Shown one piece after another: positions 1 to 14,791 of a DNA stretch of 64,000 nucleotides. Location: the NCBI GenBank assembly GCA_965202805.1, contig OZ241869.1, positions 1,376,001-1,440,000 on the forward strand, in the 5' to 3' direction. The DNA comes from Longimicrobiales bacterium (GTDB taxonomy: Bacteria > Gemmatimonadota > Gemmatimonadetes > Longimicrobiales > Gaopeijiaceae). The position numbers were made by a program, and so were the translations under genes. The notes under the pieces are model-generated. The model had not been told where the DNA came from, ran no database searches, and saw only the letters and a program-made list of their open reading frames with translations. The first letter of the stretch is position 1. Each line of letters opens with the position of its first letter.

Positions 1-182
1 AGCCGCGTCCGGCGCTTGCTCAGCACCCCCCGGCCGGAGCCCGTCACCTCACCACCTCACCGGATCTTGCATCGGTCACCCCTGCGCAACACCTGCTCAT
101 TCCTCGAAAGCCGGGTATGTTCCTCGGGTGCCGGTCGCCCGACCGCACCTGAGTCCCCGCGTCGATCTTCCGCCACCGTCCC

Positions 183-1013
183 ATGCCAGCTGCACCCGGA
201 TCACCTCCCGGCCCGCCGCCGGTCGCGCTCACCATAGCCGGGAGCGATTCCGGCGGCGGCGCGGGCGTCCAGGCGGACCTCAAGACCTTCCACGCATTCG
301 GCGTGTTCGGGACGTCGGCCGTGACCGCCATCACCGCCCAGAACACCCTGGGGGTGAGCGCGGTCCATCCCGTTCCGCCGGCAGTCGTGCGCGCGCAGAT
401 CGACGCCGTCGCCGTCGACCTTCGCCCACGCGCCCTCAAGACCGGAATGCTGGCGACCGCCGAGCTGGTCGACGTCGTCGCCGAGGCCATCGCCGCTCAC
501 AGCCTCGGCGCCTATGTGATGGATCCCGTGATGGTCGCCGCCAGCGGCCATCGCCTGCTCGAGCCCGATGCCGAGGCGACGCTGGCACGCCGGCTGCTTC
601 CGCGGGCCGCGCTCGTGACGCCCAACCTGCACGAGGCGGCGCTGCTCACCGGCACCGAGGTCGACTCTCTCGCGGCAATGAAGGCGGCGGCCCGTCACCT
701 GGTCAAGATGGGGGCGGGAGCGGCGCTGGTGAAGGGCGGCCACCTGCCCTCGGGCGAGGCCGCGGACGTGTTCTGGGACGGGAGCGGGGAGCTCATCTGG
801 CGCCGTCCGCGCATCGCGACCCGTCATGTGCACGGTACCGGCTGCACGCTCTCCGCGGCGGTGGCGGCCGGCCTGGCGCGCGGAACCCGGCTCCCTCAGG
901 CCGTGGACGCGGCCATCGACTTTGTCGCGCGCGCGATCGCGTCCGCGCCACGGTTGGGGGCGGGCGGCGGCCCCATCAACCATTTCGCCGGGGCGCGGAC
1001 GGGCGGCAACTGA
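183..1013 (+). CDS. thiD: Hydroxymethylpyrimidine/phosphomethylpyrimidine kinase
   Basis: [39 protein letters not shown] and HGTGCTLS motifs. Confidence 0.95.
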   Translation: MPAAPGSPPGPPPVALTIAGSDSGGGAGVQADLKTFHAFGVFGTSAVTAITAQNTLGVSAVHPVPPAVVRAQIDAVAVDLRPRALKTGMLATAELVDVVAEAIAAHSLGAYVMDPVMVAASGHRLLEPDAEATLARRLLPRAALVTPNLHEAALLTGTEVDSLAAMKAAARHLVKMGAGAALVKGGHLPSGEAADVFWDGSGELIWRRPRIATRHVHGTGCTLSAAVAAGLARGTRLPQAVDAAIDFVARAIASAPRLGAGGGPINHFAGARTGGN

Positions 1014-1191
1014 GTTCCGGGAGACCCCCCGGCCGAGTCGCCTCCCTCCACCGTTCCCCGAGTTACCCCGGCTCCCATCTTCGATCCGGGCGCGGATGGC
1101 TGTATCGGGGATGCAAAGAGGCTGGTGGGCGATGGCGGCAGACGATGCCATCACCCCTCCGTCGCGTGTTGGGCCGACGGTGCGCCGACAG

Positions 1192-1392
1192 TCAGTAGAG
1201 GACAAGGACTGCCAGCAAGAGGAGTACGGCGCTCAACTGGAGACCCACCACCAACCTCCGTCGGCCCGGAGACATGTTCCGGCCAATGAAGGGGAGCAGG
1301 CAAAGCGCAACGAGATTGCTCCCGAGGCATACCACGATGACGCCGCGTACTACGGTCTCGTCCACTTCTCGTACCTCCTCTGACCGCTCCAT
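1192..1392 (-). CDS. Small hypothetical membrane protein (~66 aa, two hydrophobic segments)
   Basis: ATG at 1392 just downstream of the PNP gene on the same strand; two TM-like stretches. Confidence 0.45.
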   Translation of the reverse strand: MERSEEVREVDETVVRGVIVVCLGSNLVALCLLPFIGRNMSPGRRRLVVGLQLSAVLLLLAVLVLY

Positions 1393-1423
1393 CTCCCGGC
1401 TCGCCTTATCGCGTGAGCGCGTG

Positions 1424-2287
1424 TCAGACGGAAAACGCACCCCCCGCCAGCATCCCCCGGATCACCCGCTCCAGCACCGCACCCGCCCGGTTCCCCACCT
1501 CCAGCACCTCCTCATGGGAGATGGCGTCCGCTCCGTCGGCGCCCGGCGCCATCCCCACCCCGCACGCCATGTTGGTGACCATGGCGAACGCCAGCACCCG
1601 CACGCCGCGCGCGCGGAGCGTGAGCACTTCGGGTACGACCGACATCCCCACCACGTCCCCGCCCATCCGTTCGACCATGCGTACCTCGGCCGGGGTCTCG
1701 AAGCTGGGGCCGAGCAGCGCCGCGTACGTGCCTCGCGCAAGACGGACGCCCAGTCGTGCAGCCTCTGCGAGCGCCGCCTGCTGCAGCTCCGGGTCGTAGG
1801 GGACGCTCATGTCGGGGAACGGGGTTGCGTCCCCCGCCGGGGCGGGCGGCGGCAGCGGTGTGCGCGCGAGCAGGTTGACATGGTCGTCGATCACCACCAA
1901 GGTACCCGGCCGCAGGCGCGTGTCGACACCTCCCACCGCGGCGGTGATGACGGAACTCCTCACTCCCAGGGCCGCCGCGATGCGGGCCGGCGCGGAGATC
2001 ACCCACGGCGGATGGCCCTCGTAGAAGTGCAGCCGCCCGCACTGCACGACGACCGGCACCCCCTCACAGCGCCCGAAGAGGAAATGGCCCGCGTGCCCCG
2101 CAATCCCCGCCGATGGGAGGCCGGGAATCTCCCCGAACGGCACTTCCTCCTCGACGTCGACCAGCCGTTCGAGCCCGCTCAATCCTGAACCGAGCAGCAG
2201 ATGCACCCGCGGAGCCGTGCGCATGCGGGCGCGCAACGACGCAACCACGGCGCCGAAGTCCTGCGCCGGCGCGATACCCGGCTTCAC
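1424..2287 (-). CDS. Purine-nucleoside phosphorylase (trimeric PNP/MTAP family)
   Basis: LGSGL, GHAG, GRLHFYEG, GPSFETPAE, VGMS..PE and VTN motifs; next to a nucleoside transporter. Confidence 0.93.
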   Translation of the reverse strand: MKPGIAPAQDFGAVVASLRARMRTAPRVHLLLGSGLSGLERLVDVEEEVPFGEIPGLPSAGIAGHAGHFLFGRCEGVPVVVQCGRLHFYEGHPPWVISAPARIAAALGVRSSVITAAVGGVDTRLRPGTLVVIDDHVNLLARTPLPPPAPAGDATPFPDMSVPYDPELQQAALAEAARLGVRLARGTYAALLGPSFETPAEVRMVERMGGDVVGMSVVPEVLTLRARGVRVLAFAMVTNMACGVGMAPGADGADAISHEEVLEVGNRAGAVLERVIRGMLAGGAFSV

Positions 2288-2358
2288 GGAGCCCTCCGCG
2301 CGACCTTCACGGAGCCGTCCCCACGACCCTCACGGAGCCATCCCCGCGACCTTCACGG
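2282..2358. repeat. Degenerate 23-bp tandem repeat (3.3 copies)
   Basis: cttcacggagccctccgcgcgac / cttcacggagccgtccccacgac / cctcacggagccatccccgcgac / cttcacgg. Confidence 0.9.
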
Positions 2359-2370
2359 GACGGCCTCCGC

Positions 2371-2402
2371 CCGGATCAGCCGGATCAGCCGGATCAGCCG
2401 GA
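2371..2402. repeat. 9-bp tandem repeat (ccggatcag)x3.5
   Basis: Read directly from the sequence. Confidence 0.9.
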
Positions 2403-2433
2403 CCACCCCCGACCCGAGCGGCCATCCCCGGCC

Positions 2434-3951
2434 TCATAGGATCATCCCGGCCACGGTGGCGGTCATGAACGCGGCGAGCGTACCCCCGACCATCGCCCGC
2501 AGCCCGATGCGCGACAGGTCGCGCCGCCGCGAGGGCGCGATGCCGCCGATGCCGCCGATCTGGATGGCGATGGAGGAGAAGTTGGCGAAGCCGCAGAGGG
2601 CGTACGTGGCGATGACGACCGAGCGCGGATGCAGGGTGGAGTCCTCCCCGAGCAGGCCGGCGAGCTCGACGTAGGCCACGAACTCGTTCAGCGCCGTCTT
2701 GATCCCCATCAGCGAGCCCACCTGCGCGGCATCGGCCCAGGGCACCCCCATGAGCCACGCCAGCGGCGCCAGGGCCAGCCCCAGCACCGACTGCAGGGTG
2801 AGGTCCGGCAGGCCGACCAGGCCCCCGGCCCAACCCATGAGCCCGTTGATCAGGTAGATCAGCGCCACGAAGGCGAGCAGCATGGCCCCCACGTTGAGCG
2901 CCAGCCGCAGTCCGTCACCGGCCCCGCGCGCCGCCGCATCGATGACGTTGACGTCCGGCTTTTCCACGTCCGTCACCAGGCGGCCCGCCGTCTCGGGCTC
3001 GCCGTCCTCCGGATACATGAGCTTGCCCATCATCAGCGCCGCCGGCGCGGACATGACCGACGCCGCCATCAGGTGCCCGGCGATGTCCGGGAAGTATGAG
3101 ATGAGGAAGCCGACATAGGCCGCCATCACCCCGCCGGCCACCGTCGCGAAGCCGGCGGTCATCACCGCGTTCAGCTCCGACATGGTCATCTTCTCGACGA
3201 AGGGCTTGATGAGGAGGGGAGCCTCGGTCTGGCCCACGAAGATGTTGCCCGCCGCGGAAAGCGTTTCGGCCCCCGAGGTGCGCATGGTGCGCTGCATCAC
3301 CCACGCCATCCCGCGGACCACGAACTGCATTACTCCCAGGTGATAGAGAACCGTCATCAGGGAGGCCAGGAAGATGATGGTGGGGAGGACGGTGAAGGCC
3401 ACGTAGGCGCCCGGGTTGGCGACCTGGCCCGGGATCGGGTTGAAGTCGCCGCCGCCCGGCTCCCCGGTCCCGATGGGGATGTTGTTGTCGACCAGGTTGC
3501 CGAAGATGAAGCGCGCGCCCTCGAGCGTGTATCCGAGCAGCCCCACGACCACGGTATTGGCGCCCTGGAAGATCGCCAGTCCGATGGCCGTCTTCAGGAT
3601 GAAGAAGGCGAAGACCAGCTGGAGCGAGACCCCCCAGGCCACGACGCGCCACGGGATGGCGGCCCGGTTGATGCTGAAGGCCCAGGCGAGCGCGCCCAGA
3701 GCGAGCACGCCGAGCAGCGACCGAAGGCGCTCCGGAAACGAGGTGTCCAGCCCCTCGGATGCGATCGAGATCCCGAGCCCGGGACCCTGCTGGGCGGCGG
3801 CCGCCACCTCCGGCGCGGGCGCGTCCCCCGCCCCGGCCGCGCCCAGCGACGAAGCCGCCAGGCCGGCCCCGACCAGGAGCGCCCACACCACCCACAGCAT
3901 CCGGAGCGCGGATCCGGGACCGGCGCGAGGTCCGGCAAACGCCCCGCTCAT
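2434..3951 (-). CDS. nupC: Concentrative nucleoside transporter (CNT/NupC family); start uncertain
   Basis: [35 protein letters not shown] and [14 protein letters not shown] motifs. Confidence 0.93.
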   Translation of the reverse strand: MSGAFAGPRAGPGSALRMLWVVWALLVGAGLAASSLGAAGAGDAPAPEVAAAAQQGPGLGISIASEGLDTSFPERLRSLLGVLALGALAWAFSINRAAIPWRVVAWGVSLQLVFAFFILKTAIGLAIFQGANTVVVGLLGYTLEGARFIFGNLVDNNIPIGTGEPGGGDFNPIPGQVANPGAYVAFTVLPTIIFLASLMTVLYHLGVMQFVVRGMAWVMQRTMRTSGAETLSAAGNIFVGQTEAPLLIKPFVEKMTMSELNAVMTAGFATVAGGVMAAYVGFLISYFPDIAGHLMAASVMSAPAALMMGKLMYPEDGEPETAGRLVTDVEKPDVNVIDAAARGAGDGLRLALNVGAMLLAFVALIYLINGLMGWAGGLVGLPDLTLQSVLGLALAPLAWLMGVPWADAAQVGSLMGIKTALNEFVAYVELAGLLGEDSTLHPRSVVIATYALCGFANFSSIAIQIGGIGGIAPSRRRDLSRIGLRAMVGGTLAAFMTATVAGMIL

Positions 3952-4003
3952 GGCGCCATCCCGGCATGGGATTTCATCCCGGCGGCGGAGGGGCCCGGAG
4001 GAC

Positions 4004-4045
4004 GGAAGTCGGAAGGCGTGGGAAGGAAGTCGGAAGGCGTGGGAA
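4004..4045. repeat. Perfect 21-bp tandem duplication ggaagtcggaaggcgtgggaa x2
   Basis: Read directly, in the nupC/dnaK divergent intergenic region. Confidence 0.9.
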
Positions 4046-4123
4046 GCATGTCGGATCCGGTTTGGGTGGACGGGCTCGACGCCCATCATAACCCGATTGC
4101 CCAAAAACCGCCCAGCGGGCCGA

Positions 4124-4176
4124 AAAGTCTGCCATTTTGTCAGGTCCCGGCGGGAAAGTCTGCCATTTTGTCAGGT
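4124..4176. promoter_or_regulatory. Two copies of palindromic operator CTGCCA-TTT-TGTCAG (4129-4143, 4160-4174), 31 bp apart
   Basis: 22-bp direct repeat aaagtctgccattttgtcaggt; the same core motif recurs twice at 16924-17015. Confidence 0.75.
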
Positions 4177-4190
4177 TTCTCGTCGAAAAA

Positions 4191-4207
4191 GGGGCACGAA
4201 CGTTGCT
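4191..4207 (+). promoter_or_regulatory. Sigma54 (-24/-12) promoter of dnaK
   Basis: ggGGCACGaacgTTGCt matches TGGCACG-N4-TTGCW with exact GG-N10-GC spacing, ~55 bp upstream of the dnaK ATG. Confidence 0.75.
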
Positions 4208-4260
4208 CAACACCCGGCGACACCCCGTTATCGGAAACGCACAACATCCAAGGAGAACAG

Positions 4261-6189
<1,929 letters not shown>

Positions 6190-6367
6190 TCCCCCGGAGG
6201 CGTCCGTGCGGCGCCGCGCCGGGCCATGTTCCCGCCGGGACAACTCTTGGGCGGCGCGGCGCATCGAAAGGGGCGCGCACAAACAGAGAGAAACCGGTGG
6301 CGCGGGGATGTGTAGCAGCAGTCAGCATCCCTCGCCCCGGCTGCAGAAATACCACAGGAGGCCAGGC

Positions 6368-7900
6368 ATGTTCGATCCCCTGAAGACCAAGATGAAAGTG
6401 ATCTTCTACGTCGCCCTCGCGTTCCTGGTCGGCGTGGGCGTCGCCTCGGGGATGGGATGGACGCAGGACGCGGTCGCAACCCCCGCGGTCTCGGTCGCTC
6501 CCCAGATCCCCGCCGAGGCGATTCAGCCGGCGCGCGACCTGAGCGATTCGTTCGTTCGGGTGGCGGAGGTGGTCACGCCCGCGGTAGTGAGCATTACCAC
6601 CCGCCGCGTAGTGCGAGCCACCGCCAGCGACCCTTTCCGCAACTGGTTCGGCACACCGGACCCCGAGCCGCGCGGCGGCAGCGGCAGTGGATTCCTGGTT
6701 TCGAGCGACGGCTACATCCTGACCAACAACCATGTCGTGGAGGACGCGGACGGCATCACGGTCCAGTTGGAGGACCGGCGCTCCTTCGAGGCGACCCTGG
6801 TCGGGGGTGATCCCACCACGGACGTCGCGGTGATCAAGGTGGAGGGCAGCGACCTGCCCACGGCCAGCCTGGGCGACTCCGACGGAGTGCGCGTAGGCGA
6901 GTGGGTGCTCGCGGTGGGCAATCCCGGCTTCGGGCCGGCCGGGGGGAACACCTCGTTCAACCACACCGTGACCGCGGGCATCGTCAGCTTCAAGGGTCGG
7001 CCGCTGGGCATCATCGGCAACGAGCTGCGTAACGACCCCGAGTCGCAGGAAGCCGCCCAGTACGCGATCGAGGACTTCATCCAGACCGACGCGGTCATCA
7101 ACCCCGGGAATTCCGGGGGGCCGATGGTCAACCTCGAGGGGCAGGTGATCGGCATCAATTCCGCGATCGCCAGCGGAGACGGCTACTACCAGGGATACGG
7201 CTTTGCGATTCCGATCAGCCTCGCGCGCCGTGTGATGGAGGATCTCATCGAGTACCGCGCGGTGCGACGCGCCTTCTTGGGCGTGCAGATCGGGCCGGTG
7301 GGGCCCGAGGACGCCGAAGTGTACGGGCTCCCCGAGGTGAGCGGCGCGCTGGTTCAGGACGTCACCGAGGGCAGGGCAGCCGAGGACGCGGGGCTGCAGC
7401 CGCAGGACGTGATCGTCGCCATCGACGACGACCCCGTCGACTACTCGAACCAGTTGCAGCAGCTCGTGGCGCGCAAGCGGCCGGGAGACCGGGTGCGCAT
7501 CGCGTACTACCGCGACGGCGAGCGGCAGGAAACCGAGGTCCGGCTGGGCGAGTCCCCGCTCAACGAAGCTGCCACCGCGGCGGCGCCCGAGCGGACGACG
7601 CGTGCCGAGGAGAGGCTGGGGATCGAGGTCGTGGACAACAGCCCCGAGCTGGCCCGGCGCTATCAGTTCCGCATCGACGATGGCGTGCTCGTCAGCGGCG
7701 TCACCCGCATGGGTCCCGCCGACCGGCGCGGCGTCCAGGCCGGCGACCTGCTTGTGCGCATCAACCGGCGGCAGGTGGAATCCGCGGATGAAGTCACGGA
7801 ACTCCTGGCCGATGTCCAGCCTGGCGAAATCGTCACGCTGGTTCTGGCCAACCCGGTCACCGGCCGGCAGCGCTTCACCAACATCCGCATGCCGGAGTGA
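6368..7900 (+). CDS. degP: Periplasmic HtrA/DegP-family serine protease with two PDZ domains
   Basis: N-terminal hydrophobic segment; GSGF, TNNHVV, D and IQTDAVINPGNSGGP catalytic motifs; PDZ domains. Confidence 0.93.
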   Translation: MFDPLKTKMKVIFYVALAFLVGVGVASGMGWTQDAVATPAVSVAPQIPAEAIQPARDLSDSFVRVAEVVTPAVVSITTRRVVRATASDPFRNWFGTPDPEPRGGSGSGFLVSSDGYILTNNHVVEDADGITVQLEDRRSFEATLVGGDPTTDVAVIKVEGSDLPTASLGDSDGVRVGEWVLAVGNPGFGPAGGNTSFNHTVTAGIVSFKGRPLGIIGNELRNDPESQEAAQYAIEDFIQTDAVINPGNSGGPMVNLEGQVIGINSAIASGDGYYQGYGFAIPISLARRVMEDLIEYRAVRRAFLGVQIGPVGPEDAEVYGLPEVSGALVQDVTEGRAAEDAGLQPQDVIVAIDDDPVDYSNQLQQLVARKRPGDRVRIAYYRDGERQETEVRLGESPLNEAATAAAPERTTRAEERLGIEVVDNSPELARRYQFRIDDGVLVSGVTRMGPADRRGVQAGDLLVRINRRQVESADEVTELLADVQPGEIVTLVLANPVTGRQRFTNIRMPE

Positions 7901-8044
7901 CTCTCCCGGAGAAGAAGAGGCTGCAGGGACCCGGGTTCCTCCGCGCGCTGTTGTAGTCCCGCCGGCCGCTCGCTTATCTTTTCAGGCTTGTGTCATGCTC
8001 CGGGGGTGGCGCGGAGGAGAACTCCGCCCGGACCCGGGCTTTCC

Positions 8045-8127
8045 GCGAAAGTGGCGGAATTGGTAGACGCGCGGGATTTAGGATCCCGTGGCCGCGGGCC
8101 GTGGGGGTTCGAGTCCCCCCTTTCGCA
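8045..8127 (+). tRNA. tRNA-Leu (anticodon TAG); CCA not encoded
   Basis: Acceptor stem GCGAAAG/CTTTCGC, D-loop TTGGTAGAC, anticodon arm CGGGA-TTTAGGA-TCCCG, long variable arm, GGTTCGAGTCC T-arm; typical position upstream of tig. Confidence 0.95.
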
Positions 8128-8199
8128 TCCTCTCCTGACCGGAGCCGCACTCCCCTCGCTCAAGCGAACCTCCCGAACAGCCATGACGAGCCTCGAACC

Positions 8200-9462
8200 T
8201 TGACCATCGACCCCGCGCGCCTGCGCGTATCCGTCACCGAAGGCGAGCGCTGGCGGCGCGAGCTCGCCATCACGGTTCCCGCCGACATCGTCGGGCGCGA
8301 ACGCGCGCGCATCATGGGCGGCCTTTCCGGGCGCGTGCGCATGGCGGGCTTCCGCAAGGGCAGGATCCCGGCAAGGGTGCTCGAGCAGCGCTACGGGCCG
8401 GCGGTCGAGCAGGAGACGCTGGAAAAGCTCCTGAACGAAGCGACCCGGGCGGCCATCCGGAGCGAGCAGCTGCGGCCCATCAGCGATCCCGAAGTAGGCG
8501 CGGTGCGGAGCGAACCCGGGGCGGATCTCTTCTTCGAGATCTCGTTCGATGTCGAGCCGCGCATCGAAATCGAGCGCAGCGGCGGGTTCGTGGTGGAGAG
8601 GCCGGCGGTCGCCGTCGGCGACGCGGACATCGACGCGGTCCTGCTCCGCCTGCGGCAGCAGAACGGCGCCTGGCGGCCGCTGGAGGACGGATTCCCGGAA
8701 GCGGGCAACGCGGTTTCGGTGAGCATCCTGCAGCTGGAGCAGGAGGACGCCGAGGCGAGGGACTACGAGTTCATTCTGGGCGAGGGCGACGCGATTCCGG
8801 ATGTGGAACGCGCCATCGAGCAGCTCGAAGTGGGCACGGAGGGCGACTTCGTGGTCCGGTTCCCCGACGACTTCCCCAACGAGGAGCGGAGGGGCGAAGA
8901 GGAGCTCCTGCGCATCCGGCTCGTCAGCCGCAAGGTTCTCGATCTCCCGGAGCTGGACGACGACTTCGCCGCCAGCCTGGATTTCGCGAACCTCGACGAT
9001 CTCCGGGACAAGGTCCGGGCGGATCTGGGGCAGACCGCCGCCGGCCAGGCCGAACAGGTGGTGCGCGCGCGTCTCATGGAGTTCGTGCTGGAGGCCAACT
9101 CCTTCGAGGCACCGGACTCCATGGTGGACCGGTACCTGGAGGCGGTGGCGGCCGACGGACCCGAAGGCGTTCCTCCCGAAAAGGTGGAGGAGATGAAGGC
9201 CGCCGTCCGGCCGCGCGCGGAGAACGCGGTTCGCACCATGCTGGCGGTGGAGAGCCTGGCCCGGGCGAACGATCTGGTCGCCACCCCGCTGGAGGTGTCG
9301 GAGCGCATCGACGAGATCGCGCGCAGGAACGGCGTGAAGCCGGAGACGGTGGAGGCCCAGCTGCGCAGAAACGGGCGCATGGAGTCGCTGGAGCGCGAGA
9401 TTACCGAGGGGAAGGTGTTCGAATTCCTGAAGCAGCAGTCCGAGATCATCCAGGCCGGCTGA
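8200..9462 (+). CDS. tig: Trigger factor (probable TTG start)
   Basis: GFRKGRIP ribosome-binding motif, FKBP-like domain, tig-clpP-clpX order. Confidence 0.95.
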   Translation: MTIDPARLRVSVTEGERWRRELAITVPADIVGRERARIMGGLSGRVRMAGFRKGRIPARVLEQRYGPAVEQETLEKLLNEATRAAIRSEQLRPISDPEVGAVRSEPGADLFFEISFDVEPRIEIERSGGFVVERPAVAVGDADIDAVLLRLRQQNGAWRPLEDGFPEAGNAVSVSILQLEQEDAEARDYEFILGEGDAIPDVERAIEQLEVGTEGDFVVRFPDDFPNEERRGEEELLRIRLVSRKVLDLPELDDDFAASLDFANLDDLRDKVRADLGQTAAGQAEQVVRARLMEFVLEANSFEAPDSMVDRYLEAVAADGPEGVPPEKVEEMKAAVRPRAENAVRTMLAVESLARANDLVATPLEVSERIDEIARRNGVKPETVEAQLRRNGRMESLEREITEGKVFEFLKQQSEIIQAG

Positions 9463-9489
9463 GCCGGACCAACGGAGAACGACAACCCG

Positions 9490-10110
9490 ATGCCTATTTT
9501 TCCTCCGTACGTCATCGAGCGGACGAGCCGCGGAGAACGAAGCTACGACATCTTCAGCCGCCTGCTGATGGACCGCATCGTCTTCCTGGGCTCGCACATC
9601 GACGACAACGTGGCCAATGTCATCCTGGCTCAGCTTCTCTTTCTGGACGCGGAGGATCCCGAGCGGGACATTTACCTGTATATCAACTCGCCGGGCGGAA
9701 GCGTCTATGCCGGACTCGCCATCTTCGACACCATGCGGCACCTGCGGGCGCCGGTCGCCACCTACTGCGTGGGCATGGCGGCTTCGATGGCCGCGATCCT
9801 GGTGGCCTCGGGAGCGCCGGGCAAGCGGAGCGCCCTGCCCAACTCGCGCATCATGATTCACCAGCCGTCCACGGGGGCGCAGGGCACCGCGGCCGACATC
9901 GAGATCGCCGCCCGCGAGGTGCTGGACATCCGCGAGCGGCTCAACGGAATCCTCGCGGACTGTACCGGGCAGCCGATCGAGAAGATCGCGCAGGACGTGG
10001 ACCGGGACCGCTTCATGGGCCCCGACGAGGCGCGCGACTACGGCCTCATCGACCGGGTGCTGGTGGGCCGGGAGGAAGAAGCCGCCAAGGCCCTGCGCCT
10101 TGAGGAATAG
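9490..10110 (+). CDS. clpP: ATP-dependent Clp protease proteolytic subunit
   Basis: [21 protein letters not shown] and MIHQP motifs. Confidence 0.98.
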   Translation: MPIFPPYVIERTSRGERSYDIFSRLLMDRIVFLGSHIDDNVANVILAQLLFLDAEDPERDIYLYINSPGGSVYAGLAIFDTMRHLRAPVATYCVGMAASMAAILVASGAPGKRSALPNSRIMIHQPSTGAQGTAADIEIAAREVLDIRERLNGILADCTGQPIEKIAQDVDRDRFMGPDEARDYGLIDRVLVGREEEAAKALRLEE

Positions 10111-10153
10111 AATCGCAGCCGGATCCTGAACACCCGCATCGCGGAGCAGACCC

Positions 10154-11407
<1,254 letters not shown>

Positions 11408-11538
11408 GCGCGCCGGACGGGCGGCGGAGGGCCGTGCGCTCGCACCCGGCGCATGGGCGTCCGGCCGCGGGTGCGCGGCGGCCCCCGCCCGGTCCGGTCC
11501 GGGAGTGTTCCGGGGACGGCCCCAACCCGCGGGAAGCC

Positions 11539-12165
11539 ATGATCATTCGCAGCGTCGAGTTCGCGGGCAGCCACGTCGATCCGGGCGTGTCGGTCGCGCC
11601 CGAACTTCCCCACGTCGCCTTCTGGGGCCGCTCCAACGTCGGGAAGTCATCGCTCATCAACGTGCTGCTGCGGCGCACCCGCAAGAAGGTGGCGCGCGTA
11701 TCGGCGCGCCCGGGCAAGACCCAGACCCTCAACTTCTACATCGTCAACCGCCGCTTCGTGCTGGTCGATCTGCCGGGCTTCGGCTACGCCAAGGTGCCGC
11801 GCACCCTGCGCGAGAGCTGGCAGCGGCTGGTGCGCCGCTATCTGAAGCGGAGCCGCGAGCTTGCCGGGGTGGTGCTCCTGATCGATGCCCGGCGCGATCC
11901 CTCGCCCGCCGACCTGGCCGCCGTCGAGCTCCTGGGTGAGGTCGGCTTGCCCGCCCTGATCGTAGTCACCAAGATCGACAAGACGGGAAAGCGCGCCCGG
12001 GAGCAGCGAGTCGCAAGCCTGCGCGAACGGCTCGCGGTGTCGGGGGACCAGTTGCTGGTGTCCTCGGCACGCACCGGCGAGGGCCGCGAGGAACTCCTCG
12101 GCGCGATCGACGATTTGCTGGAGGATGGCGGCGAAGGCCCGGATGGCCGCGGGAGCACGGAGTAG
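11539..12165 (+). CDS. engB: Ribosome biogenesis GTPase YihA/YsxC
   Basis: GRSNVGKSSLIN, PGKT, DLPGFGYA and TKIDK motifs; follows clpX. Confidence 0.95.
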   Translation: MIIRSVEFAGSHVDPGVSVAPELPHVAFWGRSNVGKSSLINVLLRRTRKKVARVSARPGKTQTLNFYIVNRRFVLVDLPGFGYAKVPRTLRESWQRLVRRYLKRSRELAGVVLLIDARRDPSPADLAAVELLGEVGLPALIVVTKIDKTGKRAREQRVASLRERLAVSGDQLLVSSARTGEGREELLGAIDDLLEDGGEGPDGRGSTE

Positions 12166-12204
12166 TGGCGTTTGCCGGGGACGCCGGGGCCAGGAGGACG
12201 ATCC

Positions 12205-12816
12205 ATGCGCAAACACACCCTGGCAGCCCGCACCCTGCGGCGGATGTTGGCGCTGGCATGCCTTGCCGTGGCCGCGGCGCCGGCCGCCGCGCAGGAGGTG
12301 GAGGATGAGGATCTGGTTCCGGCCGGGTTCGGGACGCTGTTGCAGGACGAGGTCTCGCTTTCGCTCCGCTCCGGGGACCTGCTGATCAAGGCCACTCCGC
12401 TGGCCGAGGAGGTGACGCGCCTCACCGCCCCCGACACCCACGCCCGCCTCTCGGCGCTGGCCGGGGTTCATCGCGAGACGCTCGAATTCCAGACCCGGTC
12501 GACCGACCCGGTCCTCTTTCTCGTGTCGGTGTTCAGCTACCAGCCCGACGTCACCTACCAGCCCGAGGACATCAACATCGTCAACCAGGGCATCCGCGAG
12601 CGGCCGCTGGCCATTCAGGCGATCACCCCGGGATGGGGCGTGCAGCGGCTGAACCAGCAGGAGACCCAGATGGCGATCTACGCCTTCAGCCCCTTCATCA
12701 ACCTCGACCTCGACCTGGAGATCGAGTACAGGGACGCGCGCAACGCCGGCTGGCAGCGGATTCTGACGGTGCTGGAAGCCGAGCGCGCGAAGGTGCGGGC
12801 GCGGGCGGGGGGATAG
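12205..12816 (+). CDS. Exported hypothetical protein
   Basis: Sec-type signal peptide ending AAA-Q, GGAGG SD, host-like codon usage. Confidence 0.75.
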   Translation: MRKHTLAARTLRRMLALACLAVAAAPAAAQEVEDEDLVPAGFGTLLQDEVSLSLRSGDLLIKATPLAEEVTRLTAPDTHARLSALAGVHRETLEFQTRSTDPVLFLVSVFSYQPDVTYQPEDINIVNQGIRERPLAIQAITPGWGVQRLNQQETQMAIYAFSPFINLDLDLEIEYRDARNAGWQRILTVLEAERAKVRARAGG

Positions 12817-12878
12817 TTTCCGGCTCGCGGACCGACGCCGGGCCAAACCCGCGCGCGAGACAGACCCGGGGGACCGGA

Positions 12879-12908
12879 CGTTCCCGGATCGGGCGTTCCC
12901 GGATCGAG
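12879..12908. repeat. 15-bp tandem repeat cgttcccggatcg(g/a)g x2
   Basis: Read directly, between convergent genes. Confidence 0.8.
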
Positions 12909-12910
12909 CG

Positions 12911-14704
<1,794 letters not shown>

Positions 14705-14791
14705 GGGGCTGCGGGGGTGCGGGGAGCGTGTGAGACGAGCACCGCGCGCGGGGGTGTGGGGTCGCCGGTCACCTCATGGGCCTCCGTGTCG

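Noticed and set aside
1014..1191. Hairpin gatggc-N10-gccatc and possible ncRNA between thiD and the small membrane gene
   Set aside because: Short stem in very GC-rich DNA with no recognisable RNA family features; no TPP riboswitch core seen upstream of thiD either
2282..2402. Possible CRISPR array
   Set aside because: Units are contiguous with no unique spacers, and no cas genes are present
3340..4260. Apparent 307-aa N-terminal extension of DnaK (949-aa ORF)
   Set aside because: It is antisense to nupC and crosses the promoter; a clear SD and the canonical [10 protein letters not shown] start lie at 4261
8045..8127. tRNA-Leu as an integration site
   Set aside because: Flanked by core genes; no duplicated tRNA 3' end and no integrase seen
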